Source: the human T2T-CHM13v2.0 reference genome, Homo sapiens
Direction: 5' to 3'
DNA: 64,000 bases
Assembly (NCBI GenBank): GCA_009914755.4
Contig: CP068257.2
Span: forward strand, 7,968,001 to 8,032,000
The notes beneath the pieces were generated by a model. It was not told where the DNA came from. It ran no database searches and saw only the letters and a list, made by a program, of their open reading frames with translations. Below, piece after piece: positions 14,581 to 27,200 of this stretch. Within the stretch, counting starts at the first letter, position 1. Each line of letters starts with the position of its first letter. A program made the position numbers and the translations under genes.

Positions 14581-14790
14581 GCCAGCCTGGGCAACATAGG
14601 GAGATACTGTCTCTACAAAAATAAAAAAATAAAAATTAGCCAGGCATGGTGGTGTGTTCGTATAGTCCCACTATTGGAGAGACTGAGTCAGGATGATCAA
14701 TTGAGCCCAGAAGTTGGAGGCTGCAGTGAGCTATAATCATGCCACTGCACTCCAGCCTGGGCGATGGAATAAGACCATGTCTTTAAAAAA
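14581..14790 (+). mobile_element. Partial Alu (3' two-thirds) with poly-A tail
   Basis: 'gccagcctgggcaacatagggagatactgtctctacaaaaataaaaaaataaaaattagccaggcatggtggtgtg...gctgcagtgagctataatcatgccactgcactccagcctgggcgatggaataagaccatgtctttaaaaaaaaa'. Confidence 0.85.
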
Positions 14791-15223
14791 AAATGCATTG
14801 CTCAAACAGATAATGTTGAAACAAATTCTGGAGTAATATAAACATAATAATTTTTAAAAGGCAAGGCATGTATATTTTACATATAAATATGTATATTATA
14901 TAGTATAGGGTTTACAAACTATGAGTCAGATCATGAGCAGATTTATTTTTGCAGACTAATTTACTGTTGAGTGGGCTTAGGGAAAAAAGGAAAATAATGC
15001 AAAATGTTCAAGTCCAGAAATGTTATTTCATTTTTAATATTTCTTAGAATGTTTTGCGTGGAAGTGGATGTATTGGTTTCTCTTATTGCCATGCTTGGTG
15101 CACCTGCTCGTAATCACTTTTGTTGTGCCTTTTGCCATAAATTGTTACCTAATCTCACTAATGACTTTAAGAAAATTGAAGGTGGGTGTTAGAAAGATTA
15201 TAGGTAATATTAAAGAATATAAG

Positions 15224-15350
15224 GCAGGCATGGTGGTGTGTACCTGTAGTTCCAGCTACTCGGAAAGCTAAGGCAGGAGGATCACTTGAGCCCAGGAGTT
15301 GAATACAGCCTGGGCAACACAGACTCTGTCCCTGTTTCTAAAATTAAAAA
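15224..15350 (+). mobile_element. Alu-monomer-like fragment (FRAM/FLAM-type) with A-rich tail
   Basis: 'ggcaggcatggtggtgtgtacctgtagttccagctactcggaaagctaaggcaggaggatcacttgagcccaggagttgaatacagcctgggcaacacagactctgtccc...aaaattaaaaaaaa'. Confidence 0.65.
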
Positions 15351-17097
15351 AAATAGACACACAAACACATACAATGTAAAATAAGGAAAAGAGAGTAACC
15401 CGAAATTTAAGAGGAAAATTATAAGGAAAAACAGAGTAAAAAATGAAATTTGGATCAAGAAATGACTAGGTAAGTTAGACCCATGGCACTGTAATCACAA
15501 CTTTTTTACCATAGCAGATCAGGTATTTTGCGATCTGTCCCCTATCTCATCTTTGAACCCATCTTGTACCAAAGTCTCTCTCAAATTAGGTACCAGCCAC
15601 CCTTGCCTTCTTTTAGGTAATTGTCTGTAAGGTTGAGTCTACATATCATAGTCAAAGAATTTATATTTCCACACCCCACCCTCAGCCTCACCTAACCAGA
15701 CCTGCCTGTACAAACTGTGTCCCTACCACACATAGTAGGACCTCAAGTATTGGTTGAATAGGTAAATGGAAAACCCAAAAATGGAGGCATTAAGGATGAG
15801 AAAACTTGAGGACACAGAAGACCTATTAGATTATGAATGATATCGATGATAAAATACTATCAGATGTTGCTCTTAGAAGCATATGATCCCTAAAGGATAA
15901 AAAATGACTAATTTATTATTTACTCAGCCCGTAATTATTAATTAGTCACTCACTATATTTGGATTTAGGAGTGGAAATTACCAGTGAAGAAGGTATAGCT
16001 CCAATAACAGTGTAAGTAAAGAGACAGACATGGGGAAAAGATAATCACTAGTACAAACGGTTCAAGAGTCCCCTCATACTTGATGTTGCCTCCTCAGCAT
16101 CTGCAATTTACAAGCGGCCCCACAAAGATCAATGATCTGCTAGAGCAAGGGTGATACATGCCATTGTCTGAATCTCAGTGCAGCTTTGTACTTTTCAACA
16201 TAATAACTCTTCTGAATTGATCAAGAAGAAAGCAGCTTTAATAAATGTTGAAAGGAGTTAATTTGGGGTTTGGATGTATGATTCAAGGGACGACCAGGAG
16301 CCTCTACAAATATTCCAGTTTGTGGGTTTGTGAGTCTTAAAGAATTCTAAGAATAGCAAGAGTCTATCATATATCATAAACAGAAGGGAACAAAAAAGTC
16401 ACATAAATCCAGAAACATAGTGAATTCCTGATAGAAGTGTTTAAACTCTATGCAGCAGTAGTAAACTAGCTTGAACTTAGCTAAGAGTGAAATAATGAAG
16501 GATGTAACTATGCAAGATAGACTGAAGTGGAGACACTAAGTCCCTGCTTCATAGAGCTCACATTCCGGTGAAGGGCACCAACAGAAAACAAAGAGGGAAA
16601 ATATATACATTATGTTAGGTGGTGGTCTTAAGTAGAAAAAATGAAGCAGTTAAAGAGGTTAGGAAGTGGTTTTTGGGAGTGTGGGAGAGTGTTAAAAGTT
16701 TAGATAGGGTGGCCAGGGAAGCCTTTACTGAGCTGCCATTTGGTAACAACCTTTATGCAGCAAGGAAGCTAGCCATTTGGATATCTGAGGGAGGAACATT
16801 TCAGACATACAGAAGGGTGAACACCAAGTCCCAGAGGCAGGCATCTGCCATGGTGTTTGAGGAATAGCAGGGGAGCCATCAGGCTAGGGAAGACTGAAGT
16901 AGGAGCTGTTGCAAATGAGGGCGGAGAGGCGATGGGTCCAGATCATAAAGTGATTGTTGGTCCTCTTAAGGATTTTGGTTTTTCCTCAGAGTGAGATGAG
17001 ATGGGAAGTATTGGAGACTATTGAGCAGAGGAGACATGAGCTGACTTTAATAGGATGACTCTGACTGCAGGCTTGAGACCTGACTGTAAAAACAAAT

Positions 17098-17426
17098 GTT
17101 TTTCTCTTTTTTTTGTTTTTTATTTTTTGATACAGAGTCTCGGGGAACTCCAGCTCTGTTCCCCGGGCTGGAGTGCAGTGGCCCAATCTCAGCCCACTGC
17201 AACCAACGCCTCCTCTGTTCAAGGGATTCTCCTGCCTCAGCTTCCCAAGTAGCTTGGATTACAGGTGCGTATCAGCATGCCTGGATAATTTTGTACATTT
17301 TTATAGAGATGGGGGCAGGTCTTGCTATGTTGCCCGGGCTGGTCCCAAACTCCTGGTCTCCAGTGATCCTCCCGACTTGACCTTCCAAAGTTCTAGGATT
17401 ACAGGCATGAGCCACGTCTCCTGACC
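17098..17426 (-). mobile_element. Full-length Alu in minus orientation with T-rich leader, which is its poly-A on this strand
   Basis: 'ttttttgatacagagtctcggggaactccagctctgttccccgggctggagtgcagtggcccaatctcagcccactgcaaccaacgcctcctctgttcaagggattctcctgcctcagcttcccaagtagcttggattacaggtg...ccttccaaagttctaggattacaggcatgagccacgtctcctgacc'. Confidence 0.9.
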
Positions 17427-17430
17427 ATTT

Positions 17431-17573
17431 ATTTTATTTTATTTTTTTTCTTTTTTAGAGATGGGGATCTCACTATGTTGACCAAGCTGGCCTTGAACTC
17501 CTGGCCTAAAGTGATCTTCCCATCTCAGTCTCCCAAAGTGCTGGGATTACAGGCATGAGCCACTGTGCCTGGT
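17431..17573 (-). mobile_element. Partial Alu (5' half) in minus orientation, in tandem with the previous Alu
   Basis: 'tttagagatggggatctcactatgttgaccaagctggccttgaactcctggcctaaagtgatcttcccatctcagtctcccaaagtgctgggattacaggcatgagccactgtgcctggtc'. Confidence 0.85.
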
Positions 17574-17666
17574 CTCTTTGTTTTTGTCAAGTTTCTGAGG
17601 TGTAAGTGTTCTTTATATACTCGATATTAAGCAAGACCATGTCTCTTAAAAAAAAAAAACTGATAT

Positions 17667-17960
17667 GGCCAAGCGCAGTGGCTCATGCCTGTAATCCCAG
17701 CATTTTGGGAGGCCAAGGTGGGTGAATCACCAGAGGACAGAAGTTCAAGACCAGCCTGGACAACCTGGTGAAACCCGATCTCTACTGAAAATACAAAATT
17801 AGCCGGATGTGGTGGTGCATGCCTGTGATCCCAGCAACTTGGGAGGCTGAGGCAGGGAGAATAGCTTGAATTTGGGAGGCAGAGGTTGCAGTGAGCTAAG
17901 ATCATGTCACTGAACTCCAGCCTTGGACAACAAGATGGAAACTCCATCTCAAAAAAAAAA
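17667..17960 (+). mobile_element. Full-length Alu with poly-A tail
   Basis: 'ggccaagcgcagtggctcatgcctgtaatcccagcattttgggaggccaaggtgggtgaatcaccagaggacagaagttcaagaccagcctggacaacctggtgaaacccgatctctactgaaaatacaaaattagccggatgtggtggtgcatgcctgtgatcccagcaacttgggaggctgaggc...ccatctcaaaaaaaaaa'. Confidence 0.93.
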
Positions 17961-18299
17961 GCTATTAGTCCCTTACCAGATATATGATTTGCAAATATTT
18001 TCTTACATTCTGTAGGTTGTCTTGTCTTGATAGTGTATGTTATTCTTTTTTATGCTTTTATTTTTTGTTCTTACTGTTCCATCTTTTATTTGTGTAAGCA
18101 CTTTAAGTAATATTATTTTGCATGCTATATAATCATTCAAGTGCCTGAAATCCAACTCGCCCTCTTTTTTTTATTGACTCTTCCTCATGACGGATTATTT
18201 CTTCATATATTTTGTAACTTTTGTTTGACTGGTCTTAAGTTATCAAAATTGAGAAAGATTCTTTGCTTGGTGAAACTTTGGTCAGACTCCTAACCTCCT

Positions 18300-21200
18300 C
18301 TGGAATGGAATGGAATGGAATGGAATGGAGTGGAGTGGAGTGGAGTGGAGTGGAGTGCAATGCAATGGAATGGAATGGACTCGAATGAAATGGAATGGAA
18401 AGGAGTCAAATGGAATGGAATGGACTCGAATGGAATGTAATGGAATGGACTCAAGTGGAATGGAATGGACTTGAATGCAATAGAATGGAATGGAATGGAC
18501 TCGAATGGAATGGAATGGAATGGACAGGAATGGAATGGAAAGGAATGAAATGGAATGGAAAGGAATGGACTTGAGTGGAATAGAATGGCAAGGAATGGAA
18601 TGGACTCGAGTGATATGGAATAGAAAGCACTCGAATGGAATGGAATGGACTCTAGTGCAATGCAATGGAATAGAATGGAGTCAAATGGAATGGAGTGGAA
18701 TGGATTCGAATGGAATGGAACGGAATTCAATGGATTCGAGACAAACAGAATGTAATGGTATGGAATGGACTCGAATGGAATGGAATGGACACGAATGCAA
18801 TGGAATGGAATGGAAAGGAATAAAATGGAATGGAATGGATTGGAATGGAATGCAATCGACTCGAATGCAACGGAATGGAATGCAATGGAATGGACTCGAA
18901 TGGAATAGAGTGGAATTTATTGGATTGGAATCTAATGGTATGGACTCTAATGGAATGGAATGGAACGGACTCGAATGGAATAGAATGGAACGGAATGGAC
19001 ACGAATGGAATGGAATGGACACGAAAGGTATGGAATGGAAGGGGATGGAATGGAATGGAATGGAAGGGAATGGAATGGAGTGGAATGGAACAGAATGGAC
19101 TTGAATGGAATAGAATGGAATGGAAAGGAGTGGACTCGAATGAAATGGAATGGAAAGGACTCAAATGCAATGCAATGGATTCGAATAGAATGCAATAGAA
19201 TGGAATGGACTCGAATGGAATGGAATGGAATGGAATTGACTCAAGTGGAATGGAATGGAGCGGACTCGAATGAAATGGAATGCAGGGGAAGGAACTGGAA
19301 TGGCATGCAATGGAATGGAATAGTCTCGAATGGAATGGAACGGAATGGACTCGAATGGAGTGGAAAGGAATGGACCCAAATGGAATGGAATGGAATTGAT
19401 TGGAGAGGAATGGAATGGAATGGAGAGGAATGGAATGGAATGGAATGGAATAGAATGGAATGGAATGGAATGGAATGGAATGGAATGGAAAGGAATGGAG
19501 TGGAAGAGAATGGAATGGAATGGAATGGAATGGAATGGAATAGAATGGAAAGGAATGGATTTTAATTGAATGGAATGGAATGGAATGGACTCGAATGGAG
19601 TGGAATGGACTCGAATGGAATGGAATGGAATGGATTCGAGTGGAATACAGTGGAATTGTCTCGAATGGAATTCAATGGAATGAACTCCAATGGAATGGAA
19701 TGGACTTGAATGGAATGGAAAGGAAACGACTCGAGTGGAATGGAATGGAATGGAATGGAAAGGAAACGACTCGAGTGGAATGGAATGGAATGGAATGCAC
19801 TCGAATGGAATGGAATGGAATTGACTCGAATGGAATTGAAAGGAATGGACTCGAATAGAATGGAATGGAATGGGCTCGAATGCAATGGAGTGAAATGGAC
19901 TCGAATGGAATGGAAAGGAATTAAATGGACTGGAATTGAATGGAATGCAACGGACTCGAATGGAATGGAATGGAAAGGTCACGAATGAAATGGAATGGAA
20001 TGGAAAGGAATGGAATGGAATGGAATGCAATGCAATGGAATGAAATGGAATGAAATGGAACGGACTCGAATGGAATAGATTAGATTGAAATTTAGTGGAA
20101 TGGACTCTATGGAATGGAATGGAATGGATTCGAATGTAATAGAATGGAATGGAATGGAATGGAATGGAATGGAAAGGAATGGAATGGAATGGAATGGAAT
20201 GGAATCGAATGGAATCGAATGGAATGGAATTTAAAGGACACGAATGGAATGGAATGTACTCGAATGGAATGGAATGGAATGGAAACGACTCGAGTGGAAT
20301 GAAATGGAATGGAATGGAATCGAATGTAATGGAATGAGATTGAATGGACTTGAATGGAATGGAATGGCATGGTCTCAAATGGAATGGAATGGCATGGTCT
20401 CGAATGGAATGCAATTGAATGGACTCAATTGGAATGGAATGGAATTGACTCGAGTGGAATTGAATGGAATGGACCGGAATGGAATTAAGTGTAATGGAAT
20501 GGACACGAATGAAATGGACTCGAATGGAATGGAATGGAATGGAATGGAATGGAATGGAATGGAATGGAATGGAATGAAATGATTTTGAATCGAATGACAT
20601 GGAATGGACTCGAATGGAATGGGTTGGGATTGGTTGGTCTCAAATGGAATGGAATGGAATGGACTCAAATGGAATGGAATGGAATAGAATGGACTCGAAT
20701 ATAATGGAATGGATTTGGCTCGAATGGAATGGAAAGGATTTGAGTGGAATGGAATGGACACGAATGGAATAGAATGGAATGGACTCGAATGGAATGGAAT
20801 GGAATGGACTCAAATGGAATGGAAAGGAATGGACTCAAATGGAATAGAGTGGAATGGAATGGACTCGAATACGATGAAGTGGAATGGACTCGAACGGAAT
20901 GGAATGGACTCCAGTGGAATGGAATGGAATGGTATGGTCTCAAATGGAATGGAAAGGAAAGGAACGAATTCAAATGGAATAGAATGGAATGGATTCGAAT
21001 CTAATGGAGTGGAATGGAATGGACTTGAATGGAATGGAGTGTAATGGAATCAAAAGGAATGGAATGGAATTTAATGGACTCGAATGGAAAGGAATGGAAT
21101 TGAAGGGAATCAAAAGGAATGGATGGGAATGGAATGGAATGGACTCGAATGGAATGGAATGGACTCGAATGGAATGGAAGGGACTTGAACGGAGTGAAGC

Positions 21201-24200
21201 CGAATGGATTCGAATGGAATGGAATGGAATGGAATGGAATGGAATGGAATGGAATGAACTCGAATGGAAGGGAATGGACTTGAATGGAATGGAATGGAAT
21301 GGACTCAAATGGAATGGAAGGACTCAAATGGAGTGGAGCCGAATGGATTTGAATGGAATGGAATGGAATTGAATTGAATGGAATGAACTCGAATGGAATG
21401 GAATGGAATGGAACGAAATGGACTCAAATGGAATGGCATGGAATGGACTCGATCGAATGGAATGGCATAAAATGGAATGGAATGGACTTGAATGTAATGC
21501 AGTTCAATTGAATGTACCCAAAAGGAATGGAATGGAATGAACGGACTCAAATGAAATGGAATGGACCCGAAAGGAATGGAATGGAATAGAATCAACTCGA
21601 GTGGAATGGAATGGAATGGACTCGAATGAAATGGAATGCAGTGGAATGGACTCAAATGAAATGGAATGCAGTGGAATGGACCGGAATGGCATGCAATGGG
21701 ATGAAATAAACTCGAATGGAATGGAACGGACTCGAATAGAAGGGAATGGAATGGACACGAATGGAATGGAACGTAATGGAAGGGAATAGAATGGAACAGA
21801 ATGGATTGGAATAGAATGGAATGGAATGGAGTGGATGCAAATGGAATGGAATGGAATGGATTCGAATGGAATAGAATGGAATTTACTGGATTGGAATCTA
21901 ACGGAATTGACTCTAATGAAATGGAATGGAATGGACTCAAATGGAAGTGAACAGAATGGAATGGATTCGAATGGAATGGAATGGACTCGAATGGAATGGA
22001 ATGGAACTGAATGGAATGGAGTTGAATGCAATAGAATGGAATGGAAAGGAATGGACTCGAATGAAATGGAAAGGTATGGAGTGGAATGGAATGGAATGGA
22101 GTGGAATGGAATGGAATGGAATGGAATGGAATGGAATGGAATGGAATGGAATAACTCAAAAGGAATGGAATGGAATGGACTCAAGCGGAATGGAATGGAC
22201 TCGAAAGCAATAGAATGGAATGGAATGGACTCGAATGGAATGGACAGGAATTGAATGGAATGGAATGGAATAGAATGGACTGTAATGGAATGGAATGGGA
22301 AAGAATGGAATGCAATGGACGAGAATGGAATAGAATGGAAAGGAATGGAATGGACTCGAATGATATGGAATAGAAAGGACTCGAATAGAATGGACTCTAG
22401 TGGAATGGAATGCAATAGAATGGACTCGAATGGAATGGAGTGGAATGGATTCGAACGGAATGGAATGGAATTCAATGGATTTCAGTCAAACGGAATGTAA
22501 TGGTATGGAATGGACTCGAATGGAATGGAATGGAATGGACTCGAATGGAATGGACTCGAATGGAATGGAATAGAATGGAATGGAATGGAATGGAATAAAA
22601 TGGAATGGAATAGAATGGAATGGATTGGAATGGAATGGAATGGACTCAAACGCAATGGAATGTACTCAAATGGAATGGAATGGAATGCAATGGAATGGAC
22701 TCGAATGGAATAGAGTGGAATTTACTGGATTGGAATCTAATGGTATGGACTCTAATGCAATGGAATGGAATGGACTCGAATGGAATAGAATAGAATGGAA
22801 TGGAATGGAATGGAATAAAATGGAATGGAATAGAATGGAATGGATTGGAATGGAATGGAATGGACTCAAACGCAATGGAATGTACTCAAATGGAATGGAA
22901 TGGAATGCAATGGAATGGACTCGAATGGAATAGAGTGGAATTTACTGGATTGGAATCTAATGGTATGGACTCTAATGCAATGGAATGGAATGGACTCGAA
23001 TGGAATAGAATGGAATGGAATGAACTCGAATGGAATGGAATGGACATGAAAGGTATGGAATGGAATGGGATGGAATGGAATGGACTGGAATGGAAGGGAA
23101 TGGAATGGAGTGGAATGGAACAGAATGGAATTGAATGGAATAGAATGGAATGGAAAGGAAAGGACTCAAATTAAATGGAATGTAAAGGACTGAAATGCAA
23201 TGGAATGGAATGGAATGGAAACGACTCGAGTGGAATGGAATGGAATGGAATGCACTCGAATGGAATGGAATGGGATTGACTTGAATGGAATAGAAAGGAA
23301 TGGAGTCGAATAGAATGGAATGCAATGGAATGGACTCGAATGCAATGGAGTGGAATGGACTCGAATGTAATGGAAAGGAATTAAATGGACTGGAATCGAC
23401 TGGAATGCAATGGACTCGAATGGAATGGAATGAAAAGGACACGAATGGAATGGAATGGAATGGAATGGAATGCAATGGAATGGAATGCAATGGGATGGTA
23501 TGGTATGGATTGGGATGGACTTGAATGGAATAGAAAGGGATAGAATGGAATGAATTTAAAAAGAATGGAATGGAATGGACTCCAATGGAATGGAAAGGCC
23601 ACGAATTGAATGGAATGGAAAGGAACAGACTCGAATGGAATAGATTGGAATTTAGTGGAATGCACTCTGATGGAATAGAATGGAATGGAATCGAATGGAA
23701 AGGAATTTAAAGGACTCGAATGGAATGGAATGTATTCGAAAGGAATGGAATGGAATCGAAAAGACTTGAGTGGAATGAAATGGAATGGAATGGAATAGAA
23801 TGTAATGGAATGGGAGTGAATGGACTCGAATGGAATGGAATGGCATGGACTCGAATGGAATGGAATGGAATGCAATTTAATGGACTCAAATGGAATGGAA
23901 TGGAATTGACTCGAATGGAATTGAATAGAATGGACCGGAATGGAATTAAGTGTAATGGAATGGACACGAGTGATATGGAATGGAATGGACTCGAATGGAA
24001 TGGAATGGAATGGAATGAAATGGAATGGAATGGAATGATTTCGAATTGAATGACATGGAATGGACTCGAATGGAATGGGTTCGGATTGGATGGTCTCAAA
24101 TGGAATGGAATGGAATGGAATGGACTTAAATGGAATGGAATGGAATATAATGGACTCGAATGGAATGAAATGGACTCCAGTGGAATGGAATGGAATGTTA

Positions 24201-27200
24201 TGGTCTCAAATGGAATGGAACAGATTCAAATGGAATAGAAAGGAATGGACTAGAATCTAATGGAGTGCAATTGAATGGACTCGAATTGAATGGAGTGTAA
24301 TGGAATCGAGTGGAATGGAATGTAATTTAAAGGACTCGAATGGAATGGAATGGAATGGACCCAAAAGGTATGGATTGGAATGGAATGGAATGGACTCGAA
24401 TGGAACGGAAGGGACTCCAATGGAATGGAATTGAAAGGAATCCACTCGAGTGAAACGGAATGGAATGGAATGGAATGCACACGAATGGAATGGAATGGAA
24501 TTGACTCGAATGGAATAGAAAGGAATGGACTCGAATGGAATGAAATAGAATGCAATGGACTCGAATGGAATGGAGTGGAATGGACCCGAATGGAAAAGAA
24601 TGGAATGGAGTCGAATGGAATGAAGTGGAATGGAATGGACAAGAATGGAATGGAATGGAATGGAATGGAACGGAACGGAACAGAACAGAATGGAACGGAA
24701 TGTAATGGAATGAAATGGCCTCGAATGGAACGGAATGCAATGGAATGAACACGAATGAAATAGAATGGAACAGAAAAGAATGGAATGGACTCCAATGGAA
24801 AGCAATTGAATTGAATAGACTCGAAAGGAATGGAATGGAATGGAATGGAGTAGAGTGATATGGACTGGAATGGAATAGAATGGAATGGAATGGAATGGAA
24901 TGGAATGGCATCGAATGGAATTGAATGGAAAGCAATGGAATGGACTCAAATGAAATAGAATGGAATTGACTCGATTGGAATAGAATGGAATGGAATGGAC
25001 GCTAATGGAATGGAATGGAATGGACATGAAACATATGGAATGGAATGGGATGGAATGGAATGGACTGGAATAGAAGAGAATGGAATAGAGTGGAATGGAA
25101 CGGAATGGACTTGAATGGAATAGAATGGAATGGAATGGAATGGACTCGAATGAAATGGAATGGAATGGACTCAAATGCAATGGAATGGATTCGAATGGAA
25201 TGGAATGGAATGGACTCGAATGGAATGCAACGGAATGGACTCAAGTGGAAAGGAATAGAATGGACTCGAATGGAATAGAATGGAATGGAATGGAATCGAA
25301 TGGAATGGAATTGAATGGACACGAATGGAATGGAAGGAAGTGGAATGGAATGGAGTGGAATGGAATGGAATGGAGTTGAATGGAAAGGAATGGACTTGGA
25401 TTGAATAGAAAGGAGTGGAATGGAATGGACTCGAATGAAATGGAATGGAAAGGACTTGAATGAAATGGAATGGACTCGAATGGAATGTAATGGATTGGAA
25501 TGGAGTCGAATGGAATGGAATGGACTAAAGAGGAATGAAATGGAATACACTCGAATGGAATATAATGGAAAGGAATGGGCTCGAATGGAATGGAATGGAG
25601 TGGAATGGAATGGACTGGAATGGAATGGAACGGACTGGGATGGAATGGAATGGAATGGAATAGAATGGAATAGAATGGAATGGAATGGAGTGCACTCGAA
25701 TGAAATGGAATGGAATGGATTCGAATGGAATGGAATGGACACGAGTGGAATGGAATGGATTCGAATGGAATGGAATGGAAAGTAATCGAATGGAATTTAA
25801 TGGAATGGAATGGAATGGACTCGAATGGAATGGAGTGGAATGGATTTGAATGGAATGGAATCAAATGGACTCGAGTAGAACGGAATGTAATGGTAAGGAA
25901 TAGACTCGAATGGAATCGAATGGAATGGAGTGAAAGGGACTCGAATGAAATGGAATGGAAAGGACTCGAATGCAATGGAATGGACTCGAATGGAATGGAA
26001 CGGAATGGACTCAAGTGGAATGGAATTGAATAGACTGGAATGGAATAGAAAGGAATGGAATGGAATGGAATGTACTCTAAAGGAATGGAATTGAATGGAC
26101 ACGAATGGAATGGAATGGACTGGAATGGAATGGAGTGGAGTGGAATGGAAAGGAATGGACTTGAATGGAATAGAGTGGAGTGGAATGGAATGGACTCGAA
26201 TGAAATGGAATGGAAAGGACTTGAATACAATGGAATGGACTCGAATGGAATATAATGGATTGGAATGGTATCAAATGGAATGGAATGGAATAGACTCGAA
26301 TGGAATATAATGGAAAGGGAAGGGCTCGAATGGAAGGGAATGGAATGGACACGAATGGAATGGAATGGAGTGAAATGGAATTGATTGGAATGGAATGGAA
26401 TGGAATGGAATGCACTTGAATAGAATGGAATGGAATGGAATAAAGGGAACGGAATGGATTAGATTCGAATGGAATATAATGGAAAGGAATGGGCTCAAAT
26501 GGAATGGAATGGAATGGACAGGAATGGAATGTAATGGAGTGGAATGGAATGGAATGGAATGCACTTGAATGGAATAGAATGGAATGGAATGGACTCAAAT
26601 GGAATGGAATGGACATGAGTGAAATGGAATGGAATGGACTCGAATGGAATGGAATGGAATGGAATGGAATGGACTCAAATTGGATGGAATGGTATGTAAT
26701 GGACTCGAATGGAATGGATTGTAAAGGACGCAAATGGAATAGAATGGAATGGCATGGAATAGAATGGACTGGAATGGAATGGACTCAAGTGGAATGGAAT
26801 GGAATGGAATGGACACGAATGGAATTGCATGAAATGGAATGGACTCTAATGGAATGGACACGAATGGAATGGAATGGAATTGAAAGGAATGGACTGTAAT
26901 GGAATGGAAAGGAATGGAGGAAAGGAATCGAAAAAAGGAATGGAGTGGAATGGAATGGACTCGAATGGAATGGAAAGGACTCGAGTGGAATGGAATGGAA
27001 TGGATTTGACTCGAATGGAATAGAGTGGAATGGATTCGAATGGAATGGAATGGAATGGACTCAAGTCGAACGGAATGTAATGGTAAGGAATGGACTCGAA
27101 TTGAATGGAACGGAATGAAAGGGACTCGAATGAAATGGAATGGAATGGACTCGAATTTAATGCAATGGAATGTAATGGAATGGAATGGACTCAAATGTTA

